A stretch of DNA of 62,719 nt, counting the filler, from Chiloscyllium plagiosum (lineage: Eukaryota): the NCBI RefSeq assembly GCF_004010195.1. It is 4 parts of one record of this genome, joined end to end, with 100 filler letters (N's around TTAATTAATTAA, not from the genome) between each part and the next. Parts side by side here need not be neighbours in the genome. Positions count along the whole stretch, not along the records: positions 25,792 to 47,669 come from NC_057710.1; 3 more parts are not named here. One strand, given 5' to 3'. Under the pieces are notes generated by a model, which did no database searches, was not told the DNA's origin, and saw only the letters and a list, made by a program, of their open reading frames with translations. A program made the position numbers and the translations under genes. Shown here in pieces: positions 25,692 through 37,879 of this stretch; within the stretch, counting starts at the first letter, position 1, and every line of letters begins with the position of its first letter.

Positions 25692-25791
25692 NNNNNNNNN
25701 NNNNNNNNNNNNNNNNNNNNNNNNNNNNNNNNNNNTTAATTAATTAANNNNNNNNNNNNNNNNNNNNNNNNNNNNNNNNNNNNNNNNNNNN
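25692..25791. other. Artificial contig linker 44N-TTAATTAATTAA-44N
   Basis: Six-frame-stop palindrome centred in a 100-bp gap; identical at 47670 and 60342. Confidence 0.97.
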
Positions 25792-26182
25792 TTCCCTCCG
25801 TGACTACCTGGCCAGGTCCACGCCCCCCTACAACCCACCCTCCCATCCTGGCACTTTCCCCTGCCACCGCAGGAACTGTAAAACCTGCACCCAGACCTCC
25901 TCCTTCACCTCTATCCAAGGCTCTAAAGGAGCCTTCCACATCCATCAAAGTTTTACTTAGACATCCACTAATATTATTTATTGTATCCGTTGCTCCCGAT
26001 GCGGTCTCCTCTACATTGGGGAGACTGGGCGCCTCCTAGCAGAGCGCTTTAGGGAACATCTCCGGGACACCCGCACCAATCAACCACACCGCCTGAAGAA
26101 GGGCTTATGCCCGAAACGTCGATTCTCCTGTTCCCTGGATGCTGCCTGACCTGCTGCGCTGTTCCAGCAACACATTTTCAGC
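25792..26182 (+). mobile_element. Penelope-like (Neptune-type) GIY-YIG fragment followed by hammerhead (core from 26093)
   Basis: GTFPCHRRNCKTC...NIIYCIRCSRCGLLYIGETGRLLAERFREHLRD, then CTGAAGAAGGGCTTATGCCCGAAACGTC. Confidence 0.88.
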
Positions 26183-26238
26183 ACATCGATTTAGATCCCA
26201 TTTACCAATGTCTCAGAAACAGAACCGGAAATGATATC

Positions 26239-26886
26239 TGTTGGAGAAGGAAAAACCATTTTGCTGCAGACCACTTGCTTACAGACACTATGGTTGTCTT
26301 TAGCCAAAGAAAGCCTTCCCATAATGCCACTGCTACCTCAACGTGGCCACACTCAGGAATAGAAGTAAAGGAGCCATTACCTAAGCCCTCGCTGAATGAA
26401 GGAACATATTATCTAGATAGCCTGCTAATGAGTTTCACTGTCGCACAATGACGTCGCAGCTCCTGAAGTCCTGAGGGCACTCCCTGTCTCCCCAGGAACC
26501 CAGTGACCACAATGCCCACGCAGACTAAATGGCACCAGGACACTTGAGATGAATTGTCACTGCTCTGTAAAACTATTGCAGCCAGGATGCTGAATATCAC
26601 CACCCATTTCTGTAGATTAACTAGATTGACCGGTACTGCCGGACTAGCAGTATTGTTCCTATCAACTGTGATTGAAACTGTATTGTCTTGTAATTAACAT
26701 CGATCTCTTATAACTCTATAAGAACTGGAGCTCAGGGAAGAGGGCTGAGATTCATCTGTACAGATTGCCCATTCTGCACACAAGCGGTCAATTCCTCTTC
26801 CCATGATATTGTGAAATAAACCAGTATGTGTCAATTTCACAAGATCCGCGTACAGGCTTTATTTCTAATTGGACAATTCTCCGACA
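26239..26886 (+). mobile_element. Solo LTR (~650 bp) inserted in a Poseidon-type Penelope tail
   Basis: Terminal inverted TGTTGGAGAA...TTCTCCGACA, TATAA at 26717, AATAAA at 26815; the flanks resume the Penelope 3' sequence. Confidence 0.65.
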
Positions 26887-27269
26887 ATCTTACCCACATA
26901 ACAAACCAAGACAGATAAATAGCAAGCGGGACAGAACACCAACTCTTCACCGGATGTTACCTAGCATGGTGACGAAATGTCTGAGAACAAATCTACTGGC
27001 TCAGCGAGCTAATTTACAACCTAACATGGTGGAATTTAAACTCATCCCTCTAGATAATTCATCTTGGTGTAATGATTACTAAATCCACAATATAATCACT
27101 ATGCTCCCCTACTATGCACTCCAGCATAGCTCACCCCCACCTTCTCAAGGGTAACAAGGGGTGGGCAATAAATGCTGGTCCAGTCAGCGATGCTGCTGTC
27201 CGATGAGTGTTACTCAATGAATAACCTTAACCAAGTCAACAAACAGGATTCATAATCAGCTCCAACAAG

Positions 27270-27825
27270 AGATAAACTAACCATCACCTCTTGACACTCA
27301 ATGGTGTTACCATCACTGAATCCCCAACTATCAACACCCTGGGGTTACCACTGTCCAGCAACTCAACTGGACTTGTCATTTAAATACAGTGGCTGCAAGA
27401 GCAGGTTACAGGCTAGGAATATTGTGGCAAGTAACTCACTTCCTGTCTCCCAAAACCCCATCACCATCTACAAGGCACAAGTCAGGAATTCAATGGAATA
27501 CCGCCCACATGCCTGGATGGGTGCAGCTCCAAAAACACTCAAGAAGATTGACATCAGCCAGAACAAAGCAGCCTCTAGATTGGTACCACATTCACTAACA
27601 TCCATCCCCTCCACCACCGACACTCAGTCACGGCAATATGTTCAATCTATCAGATGCACTTTCAAAAGCTTTCAAACCCACAACCTCAACCATCTAGAAA
27701 GACAAGAGCAGCAGATACATGGGAACATTACCAGCTGCAAACTCCCCTCTAAGCCACTCAGCATTCTCTCACAACCATCTGGGATAGAGCAGTGGAAATC
27801 AAGCTCCACTACACGCTCTCTAACA
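27270..27825 (+). mobile_element. LINE 3' fragment (same family as 15735-17275)
   Basis: ITIYKAQVRNSMEYRPHAWMGAAPKTLKKID. Confidence 0.8.
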
Positions 27826-27842
27826 GTGGTGTAAATTTGATC

Positions 27843-27967
27843 CTGATGAAGGGCTTATGCCTGAAACGTCGATTCTCCTGTTCCTTGGATGCTGCCTGAC
27901 CTGCTGTGCTTTACCAGCAATACATTTTCAGCTCTGATCTCCAGCATCTGCAGACCTCACTTTCTCC
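27843..27967 (+). mobile_element. 125-bp non-autonomous hammerhead-carrying insertion with 13-bp TSD
   Basis: TGTAAATTTGATC at 27830-27842 and 27968-27980; the insert starts at CTGATGA-AGGGCTTATGCCT-GAAACGTC. Confidence 0.88.
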
Positions 27968-28330
27968 TGTAAATTTGATCACACCACTGAACAGGACAAT
28001 TTACCTAACTGGCTAATTCAGGTTAAAAGGATATGCACAGTAGTTATGCATTAACAAGAGACTAACTATTTATTATGATGAAATGTTTTATTCAATGACA
28101 AAAAGGCATTGAATTATTAACTCATTACTCCATAACTTAAACTCTACCCCTTTTTATAATTCCCATATATTTACAACCAGACACACAAACATTGAAGACA
28201 AGACACAGACATGATTTCAGAAAAGGACAATTCTGCCATCTGGCTCGATCATAGATGTCACTGAGTCACTCTCTTTCAGTTTTTTAAAAATTTCTTTAGA
28301 TTCTTTGATGGGCACATGAGGTCGTGGGTA

Positions 28331-28549
28331 CAGGTCATTCTGCTAAAGTGTGTGTTTCATGAACGCAAATCCACAGTAACATGATTGACGAACTGGGGAC
28401 ACTGTTTCTAAAGTGAAAATGTTTAAATCGTGCGTTGGTTCTAACACGATTACATCGCCAACACTTCAAGCGTGATTTCTAAAGCTCGATTTTTCTATAA
28501 TGCGGGGTTGCACGAGGGCACAACCATCGCGTTATAGAAGAACTACCTG
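28331..28549. mobile_element. Tc1/mariner-pogo (Tigger-like) MITE
   Basis: TA|CAGGTCATTCTGCTA ... TAGAAGAACTACCTG|TA imperfect TIRs with TA on both sides; CpG-rich interior. Confidence 0.65.
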
Positions 28550-29323
28550 TACACAGACTCTGTGTTTCGAAGATTCACCTTTTCACTGAAGATGGTTCTT
28601 CCTGTCTGCCTTTCGACAGTGGAACTTGCAGAGAGTAGTTTACAGGGAAATGGACAGTGAGAACAGATACCAGCAGATTTCTTTCCTTACTTCTCCATAC
28701 AGGAGATGGAGAGAGAAATTGAGGTGCTTTCTCTTCGCAGGCTGGAGGTTTCTCCTTCAGTTGTTCACATATAGGGCTCCAGTCACTTTCCCAGGAATCA
28801 GTCGAGTTGTTATTACTATGCTGAGCCCTTCTGAGCCCACAACAACTGGTAAGATAAAAAAAACAATCAAAAGACTATCTCGAGGCAAAGCTGCCCTGAA
28901 CAAACAGGCACATAGCCAATGTGTCTGGTCTCCTCCCTCACTGTCTGAATGAAACAACATTATAGATACAACACATAATGAGCTCAAGTGACCCATTTTT
29001 AAAACAGAAACACCTTCTTCCTCAGTTTCAAACTGTAGATTTGTCCATTTTTTTAAACGCACAATCCAAAACAAGAAGTGGTGTCTCCAGTTGTGACTTG
29101 GAACAATCCTGACTTTCATTGTCTCTAATTCAAAATCCCTGAACACGCTCTCTAACAGCATTGTGGACTGAAGTTAGCTCACCACCACCTTCTTAAGAGC
29201 AACTGGGGACAATAAATATTGCTCCAGCCAGAGACTCTTACCTCCCATGCACAATTTTTAAAAAAAAATCCAAGTTCCATTAAAATGAAAAACAACCTGA
29301 TAACTATTAACTTCTTTTTGTAC

Positions 29324-29400
29324 CTGAGTCCTGAGCAGATGCTGGCAGAGACCTGCGATCCAGGGAATCCTCTGACAGAACCTTCATAGTAACAGTGATG
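29324..29400 (-). CDS. ADAM prodomain exon: HHCYYEGSVRGFPGSQVSASICSGL(R)
   Basis: cttgcag acceptor, gtacaa donor; 77 nt, phase 0-2; HCYY.G.V.G...S.V..S.CSGLR motif. Confidence 0.93.
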
Positions 29401-30022
29401 CTGCAAGAAGATGTTCAAGCATCAGCAGAAAACCTCATGATACACATCTGAAGCAAGCTCATTGTCAGGAATTCTTCCATATAATCATCAGAATTATACG
29501 CAGGGAGTAAAAGACAACAACAGAGGCTGAGAGAGAGAGAGGAATGTGGAGTGAAGATTCACTGGCACTGGGTGCAGAATCCCACAAAAAGTAGGAACAT
29601 GAAGTGGGGCATCCTACAAGCTTTGTATCTGGTTTCAACAAGTCACTGTTATTAAGCACACAGCTGCTAGGAAAGCAATCCAAGTATTTAAGTGTGTCAA
29701 TAGCATAAAGGTAGGTGGCATTAATTGCAAGCAAAGCAGATTAATGTGTAAAATTACAAAACAAAACTTAATAAGCAGGCAAAATTGGAGTTCCAGTGAT
29801 GGAAATAGCCAGCCAACACACAGTGCCTCCAATATTATCAGAGGAATAGACAGTGGGAGTGGCCTGTCAGCCTTGGAGCTCCAAAGACCACCCCCCCCCC
29901 CCTCCCACCCCCCACAGTGGAAGCTGGCAAGAATACAACAGAGAAAGCAAAGCAGATCCACATAAAACACATACAAAAATCAACGGGCTTCAATCTAATC
30001 TCAGTTTGAAGAGACTGCTCAC

Positions 30023-30101
30023 CTGTTCAGTGTCCCTCTCTGTCACTAGAGTCCCATTGGCATCATAGTGTGTTACCTGAAACCCTCTGGGCAAGAGGAA
30101 T
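30023..30101 (-). CDS. ADAM prodomain exon: FLLPRGFQVTHYDANGTLVTERDTEQ
   Basis: tttccacag acceptor, gtgagc donor; 79 nt, phase 2-0, in frame with both neighbours. Confidence 0.9.
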
Positions 30102-30959
30102 CTGTGGAAACAAGAAAAAAGGTTCAAGTTTCAAGATAGGGATCAGGGAGGAAGGAGTGCGAGAAGGGAAGACAGGAGGTGGGGGGAGGGGGGGGGAAGG
30201 AAGAGTCCGAGAAAACATCCCTAGTTTAGGTCAGGTATTGTCTGAGGTGGGTGGGTGGCTGTCTGATATCAAGGGGTGTCTGAGGATGAAGTGGGACTTT
30301 GTCTAATAGAAGCGCTATTTTGAGAGGGGGAGGTGCACAGTGACAAGCCAGAGTCAGGGATTAGAGGTTTTGAAAGGATCTACCGGGAAGGGAGGGTGAG
30401 AGAGAGTGAAGCTCTGGTTCTTGAGTGAGGGGAACAGGGAATTTGTAACACTAACAGCTGAAGGACTGAAGGAGGGAGCATGGAGGAGCTAGTGAGTGGG
30501 TGAGTGAGGAATTTGCAGAGGGACTAACAGTAGTAGATTCGCCAACTTTAAGGGCATTTAAATGGTCATAGGATAAACCTATGGATGAAAATGGAATAGT
30601 GTAGGATATGGGCTTCAGATTGGTTCCATAGGTCGGCGCAACATCAAGGGCTGAAGGGCCTGTACTGTGCTGTAATGTTCTATGACTACTGAGCATGTCT
30701 ACTGGGGGAGGAGAGTTGAGTGAATAGGAGAGGAGAAGCACAGATTGTCTGTGAGTAGAGCTGGGATTCAAGGAAGGACACCACACAACATCGATAGGGT
30801 GGTTGGTGCAGACTGAATGTGAAGCAGTTTATTCATAGAATGCTTCGAGCCCAGTACAAGTCCAAAGAAGTCACATTGGACTCAAAATGTTAATTCTGTT
30901 TCTTTCTCCATGGGTATTGCCAAACCTACTGAGATTCTCTAGGAAATCTTCTGTTTTCA

Positions 30960-33900
30960 CCAATATTGGAAGAAATTAGGTTGTGAGGACGGTACAGTGT
31001 CTGCAGAGTGACATAGTCAGGCTAAACTTTGGCAGATGCCATGTAATGTGGGAAAGTGTGAGGTGGTCCACTTTGGTCAGAAGAATGTAAAGGCAATGTA
31101 TGGTTTAAGTGTTGGGAGATTGCAGCATACTGCAGTACTCAGTGATCTGGGTGGCCTTGCAAGTGAATCCCAAGAAGTTAGCATGTCATTCCAATAATTA
31201 ATGAGGAAAGCAAATGAGATTTTATTTTTATTGCAAGGAGGATGACATATAAGTATATAAGTAGGGAATTTTTTCTATAACACAACATGGCTTTTGTGAG
31301 ACCATATATGGAGCACTGCGTATAATTCTGGTCTCCAAACTTAAGAAGGGATTTACTTGCAAGGAAGCAGTTCAGGAAAGCTTCACTTGGCTGATTCTTG
31401 GGATGACTGGATTGTCATTTGAGGAAACAGTCACAGAGTCATACAGCACGAAAACAGACCACGCTGACTAAGTTTCCAACCTAAACTAGTCCCACTTTCC
31501 TGCCATTGGCCCATATCCATCTAAACGTTTCTTATCCATGTACTTATCCAAATGTCTTTTCAATGTTGTAACTGTACCTGCATCTACCAGTTCCTCTGGC
31601 AGTTTATTCCACATACAAACCACATTCTGTGTGAAAATGTTGTCCCTCAAGCCCCTTTTAAATCTTTCTCCTCTTACCTTAACAAAATATGCTCTCTAGT
31701 TTTGAACACTCCTATCCTAGGGAAAAGACTTTTGCTGTTCACCTTACCTATGCCCCTCATGACTTTATAAACCTCTATTAGGTCACTCCAGTGAAGGAAG
31801 TCCCAGCCTATCCAGCCTCTTCTGAAAACTCAAATACTCCAGTCTCGGCAACATCCTGGAAATGTTTTTGAACCCCCTGCAATTTAATAATAACATTCCA
31901 CTAGCAGAGAAATTAGAACTGTACACAGGACTTCAAAAGTGGCTTCACCAAAGTCCTGTACAACCTTGACATAATGTCTCAGCTCTTATACTCAAAGCAC
32001 TGACCAATGAAGGCCAGCATGCTAAACACCTTCTTAACCATCCTGTCTACCTGTGATGCAACCTTTCAAGGAACAACGTACCTAAACCCCGACGTTTCCC
32101 TGTTCGATAAGATGACCTAGGGTCCTACCATTAACTGTATAAGTGATGCACTTGTTTGTTTTACCAAAGTGCAATATCTCACACTTATCCAAATTAAACT
32201 CCATCTGCCATTCCTCAACCCAACTGATCAAGATCCCTTTATAATCTTAGATAATATTCATTACAGTCCATTATATCATCAATGTTGGTGTTATCCACAA
32301 ACTTACAAACCATTCCTCCTGAATTCTCATCCAAATCATTTGTATCAGTGGACCCAGCACTGATCCATGTCACTGGTCACATGCCTCCAATCCAAAAAAA
32401 CAACGCTCCATCACCACCCTCTGTCTCCTACTGTCAAGTCAATTTTGTATCCAATTGGCAAGCTCTCCCTGTGACCTAACCTTACTAATCAGTTGACCAT
32501 GCAAACCTTGTCAAAGGTTTTGCTAAAGTCCATGTAGATAACATCTACCACTCTGCCCTCATCAATCTTTTTGGTCACGTCCTCAAAAAGCTCAATCAAG
32601 CTTGTGAGACATGATTTCCCACACACAAAGTTATCCCTAATCTTTGCTTCTCCAGATGCATTTAAATCCTATCTCGCAGAATCTCCACCAACAACTTACT
32701 GATCACTCATGTCAGATTCACCAGTCTAGAGTTTTCAGGCTTCTCCTTACAGTCTCTCTTAAATAAAGGCACACCATTAGCCACCCTTCAGTCCTTTGGC
32801 ACCTCACCTGTGGCTGTGGATGATAAAAATATCTCTGCTAAGGGCCCCACAATTTCATCCCTAATTTCCCACAACATTCTGGGATACAGTAAGTCAGCGT
32901 CATACAGTCATACAGCACAGAAACAGACCCTTTGATCCAACCAGTCCATAATCCCAAACTAAACTATTCCTATCTGTCTATTCCTGCCCCCTATCCCTCC
33001 AAACCTTTCCTATTTGTATACTTATGTAAATATCTTTTACACGTTAACTGTGTCGACCACTTTCTCAGCAAGTTCATTCCTCATGTGAACCACTCTCGAT
33101 GTAAAAAAATTGCCCCCATATCTTTTTTAAACCTCTTTACTCTCACCATAAAAATATGTCCCCTAGTCTTGAATTCCTCCAGGTTCCAGAGATTTATCTG
33201 CCTTTACGTTTTTTTTAAGACCTCCAACACCTCCTCTTCTGTAATGTGGACTGTTTTCATACTTTCATAGTCATAGAAGCAGGAGTAGGCCATTTGGCCT
33301 GTCGAGGTTAGAGTGATGCTGGAAAAGCACAGCAGGTCAGGCAGCATCTGAGGGACAGGAAAATTGACGTTTTGGGCAGGAGCCCTTCATCATGGCTGTT
33401 GAGCCTGCTCTGCCAATCATTAAGATCATGGCTGATCTATCCATCATCTCAGCTCCTCCTCCCTGCATTACCCATATAACCCTTTAATTCCCCTACCGTG
33501 CAAAAACCCACTCAACTGTGTCATGTATATATTTAATGAAGCTGTCTCTACTGCTTCATTGGGCAGGGAATTTCATAGATTCCCAACTCTCTGGGAAAAG
33601 CAGTTCCTCCACAGCTCTGTCCTGAATCTACCCCACCTAATCTGGAGGCCATGGCCCCTAGTCCTAATCTTACCCATCAGCAGAAACAACTTGCCTGCCT
33701 CTAACTTATCTAATTTCTTAATTTTATATGTTTCTATAAGATCCCCAATCACTCTTGTAAATTCTAGCGAGTACAGTCGTCTCCTCATAGGGTAACCCCT
33801 TCATCCTGGTGAACCTCCTCTGCACTGCCTCCAAAGCCAGTATATCCTTCCTCAAATAAGGGGACCAGACCTCTTGTAAATTCTAGCGAGTACAGACATC

Positions 33901-35340
33901 TCCTCATAGGGTAACCCCTTCATCTGCGGAATCAACCTGGTGAACCTCCTCTGCACTGCCTCCAAAGCCAGTATATCCTTCCTCAAATAAGGGGACCAGA
34001 CTCTGAGTTCCCTAGCCTCCATTTCTTTCTCCACAGTAAAAACTGATGCAAAATATTTGTTTAATATCACTCCCATGTCCAGTGGTTCCACACATGGACG
34101 ATCTTTAACAGGCCCTATTCTCTCCCTAGTTGCTCATTTGCTCTTAATGTACTTGTAGAATCTCTTTGGATTATCATTAAATTTATCAGCCAGGGCTATC
34201 TAATTTTTTGCCCTCATGATTCCCTCCTCAGGATGCCCCTACACCTCTTACACTCTCCATGAGATTCACTCAGTCTTAGTTGTCTTTGCCTCCTTCTTAT
34301 GCTTGATTTATCCATTGTTCCCTGCTCTTATCAAGCTTTCACTCGAACAGGAACACGCTACCTATGAACTTTCATATCTCACTTTTGAAAGCCTTCCACA
34401 TGCCAGTTATCCCTTTATCTGCGAACTGTCTACTCCAAACAACTTTTGAAAGTTCCTGTCTCATACTGCCAAATTGGCCTTATTTCAATTAAGAACTTTA
34501 GTTTTTATACTAAAGCCTATCCTTTTCCATCACTATTGTAAAACTAATAAAATTATGATTACTGGCCCCAAAGTGCTCCCCCACTGTCACGTGCCCTGCC
34601 TTATTTCCCAAGAGAAGTTCAAATTTTGCTCCTTCTCTAGTAGGCCCATCGATATTGATAAAGAAAATTTCTTGAACACATTTAACAAATTCCTCTCCAT
34701 CCAAGCCCTTAACTCTAAGGCATTCCCATTATATATTTGGAAGTTAAAATCCCTGACTATTACAATCCTATTATTCTTACATATATCTGTGGTCTGTCTA
34801 CATATTTGATCCTTAGTTTCCCGCTGACTATTGGGGGCCCTATAGTACAGTCCCATCAAGGTAATCATTCCCTTCTTATTTCTGAGTTCCACCTTTACAG
34901 CTTCATTGGACAAACCTTCAGAAATATCCTAAGTACAGAGTAATGCTTTCCATAACCACTTCCCTTCCTCTCTTACCTGACTTTCTATCCTTCCTATCCT
35001 ATCTAAACAAATTGGACCTATTTACGTTGGAGTTGAGGAGGATGAGGAGTGACCTAATTAAGACACATAAGATCAGAAGGGAACTTGACATCCTGGATGC
35101 TGAGAGGAACCTCTCCCTTCTGGAGGAATCTAAATCTGAGGGGACAATTTGAAAATAAGGGGTTTCCCATTCAATTTGAGATGAGGAACCATTTCATCTT
35201 CTTAAACTTTGGAATTCTCTGCCACAAAGGGCAGTCAAGGCTGGGACACTGAATATTACACAAATGTTTGATCAAAAACTAAGTGAAGGTGTATTGGAAA
35301 ATGCAGGAAAGTTGAATTAGGCAACAATTAGAGACTACTG
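30960..35340. mobile_element. Cluster of nested CR1 fragments (mostly minus strand), with an internal ~118-bp duplication (33761-34001) and a truncated hammerhead element (~33307-33392, -)
   Basis: ORFs 33573-33788, 33852-34091, 34510-34704 and 34587-34913 carry CR1 EN/RT motifs (ELRNKKGMITLMGLYYRAPNS; DILALEAVQRRFTRLIP). Confidence 0.8.
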
Positions 35341-35452
35341 TATAATGGACTAGGCACGAGGGTAATTTGGTTTACTCTGATTTAACCAGAACACTGCACC
35401 AAATAGAAGCAAGCTGACACAAGGAGCCAGAGGACTGAGAGAGAGCCGTGCA

Positions 35453-35592
35453 CAGAGGGACCAGAGGACTGGCAGGGGGTGATGGGGGCTGTCGCCCGAG
35501 GGACCGGAGGATTGGCAGGGGGTGATGGGGGCTGTCGCCCGAGGGACCGGAGGATTGGCAGGGGATGTTGGGGGCTGTTGCCAGAGGACTGG
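35453..35592. repeat. GC-rich ~43-bp tandem repeat, ~3 copies
   Basis: GAGGGACCGGAGGATTGGCAGGGGGTGATGGGGGCTGTCGCCC. Confidence 0.85.
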
Positions 35593-35820
35593 TTGGGCAG
35601 CAGGGAAACCAGAACATTCTGATGATGAGTCACTGGACTGGAAACATCAACTCTGTTTTTTTTCTCCTAAGATGCTGTCAGACCTGCTAAGTAGCTGTGG
35701 AAATTGAAAGTGGAATGATCACAATAGCAAGGAAGTCTATTGGGATAGGGCCCTGATGTGATCACACCTGAAGCACTGTGACGTGTTGATCACCTTGCTT
35801 AAAAAAGGATATTCTTGCCA

Positions 35821-35942
35821 CCCCTGATGAAGGAGCTGTGCCCCGAAAGCTAGTGCTTCCAAATAATCCTGTTGGACTATAATCTGGTGTTGTGTTATTT
35901 TTAACTTTGTACACCCCAGTCCAACATCGACACCTCCACGTC
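35821..35942 (+). mobile_element. 122-bp non-autonomous hammerhead-carrying insertion (second family) with 10-bp TSD
   Basis: ATTCTTGCCA at 35811-35820 and 35943-35952; CTGATGA-AGGAGCTGTGCCCC-GAAA-GCTA-GTG starts 3 nt into the insert. Confidence 0.85.
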
Positions 35943-36565
35943 ATTCTTGCCATTGTAAGACTGCAGCAAAAGTTAACTCAGCTGGTGCTGGGGATGTTGT
36001 ATGAAGACAGACTAGATCGACTAGATCTGTATTGACAGAGGAAAGAGAATTAGATGAATGAAAGGAGATCTCATTGACATGTCTAACATTCTGACAGAGC
36101 TGGACAGAATGCTGGTGCGACGTTTCCCCTGGCTGCAGTTCATGACTATGAATCATGATCTCAGTGTACAGGGTAGGCACTTTAGAACAGTATTGAATCT
36201 GTGGAATTCACTATCAGTGGAGGCAAAGTCACTGAATATATTCAATAAAGAATTATATAGATTTCTAGAGGCTAAAAATGCGAAAGGGAGAGAATGGGAG
36301 TACGGTATTGAGATCGAGGATCAGCCATGATCATGTTGAATGGCAGAGTGATCTAAATGGGCTGAATGGCCTCCTTCTGCTTTTACTCTTTATTTGAGCT
36401 GAGACTGAGTGGCCAAGTCCATGTGATCCCAGGAGGGTGACTTCCTTTTATGGTAGACTCATTGGACAAATTTTAATATTTAAGCCTCTTGCAGGTAATC
36501 CATATGCCTGGCTGCACTGGGTGACAGCTCAATGTTATTCCTGATACAAAGTGAGTTTTACTCAC

Positions 36566-36642
36566 ATATTTCTGCTGAGATCCAGTATTAAGTCCTCTCC
36601 CTCGAGCTCCACAGAGATGCTGAGATGATCTGGATAGTTTCC
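36566..36642 (-). CDS. ADAM prodomain exon: GNYPDHLSISVELEGEDLILDLSRN
   Basis: ctgtgtag acceptor, gtgagt donor; 77 nt, phase 0-2; matches the ADAM ..EG..LILDL..N motif and joins the 30101 exon in frame. Confidence 0.88.
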
Positions 36643-37879
36643 CTACACAGAGCACAAAGTATGCTTATTAGAGTGTGTTGTTCAAAGACGCTTCCCAAAT
36701 CATTCAAATGCAGTTTCTGATTTTGGCTTGTGTTTTGTAGGCATCATCATTTATTAACCATTCCTAATTGCCCCTAGTTAGCCCACTGTCTTCAACTGGA
36801 TTGTCACACCAATAATAGAAGCAACAATAATAACAATTTCTATGACTATTTCCTCCATCCTAAGGTCATAAGTGGGCATGTTCACTGCTGATTGCACAAT
36901 GTTCAGCACTATTTGCAACTACTGAGATATTGAAACAGTCCATGTCCAAATGCAATAAGACAAGGACAATATACAGGCCTGGGCTGACAAGTAGCAAGTA
37001 ACATTTGAACCACACAAGTGCCAGGCAATGACCATCACCAACAAGAAAGAATCTAACCATCACACCTTGACAGCCAATGGATTACCAATTGCCTGGATGA
37101 GTATCGTTCTAACACTGAAAAGGTTTGACTCCATCCAGGACAAAGCAGCCCACTTGATTCATCTCTCTCTCTCTGTGTCTCTCTCTCTCCACCGCTGACA
37201 TTTAACAGCATCCATGCATACCAGCTACGAGATGCTGCAGACATTCACCAAGTCTCCTTACAGGGTACCTTCCAAACCTACAACTGCTACCATGTGCTTC
37301 ACCATCCAGTAAGATCATAACTGACCTGAGTGCAATATCAACTCCTTATTCTTCCTTCCCAAGGAGTAGACTGCCGATAAGAAATGGGAGGGAGTCAAGG
37401 TGGATTGACCAGGATGGTGTGGTGAACTGTAACAAAGACCATGAAGGAAGCAAAGGGAAAGTTTACTGTTGTCATAGTCAAATGGGGACCATTGATAAGT
37501 GCCATTATGGTAAATGTGACAAGGACAGAAACTGATCAGAAGGAGTCAAACACAGATATCCAAGAAAGATGGGAAATGATTTGTGAGACAACAATAAATT
37601 CAAGGAGGAAAAGAATGTTACAGAAACAATATGCACTGTGGCCACAGAATAAAATGGAGCAGTAGTTAAGGTCGAGTCGATGCTATCAGCCCATAGAACC
37701 CAGTCAGATTAATTACCTGGGGGAGTACAGCTATACTCCGTTTCTGTTTCTCTGATATGACATGGGGAAACACAAACTGGTAATTCTTCAGTTGTTCAAG
37801 TAACTTTTTCTGATGAAGTGGAGAATCTGTTTGAAAAACAAGGGGAAAATGTCATGGCTTTGCTTGGCTCTGTTTATTC

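Noticed and set aside
25736..25747. TTAATTAATTAA palindrome as a biological motif
   Set aside because: Centred in exactly 100-bp gaps three times; synthetic linker
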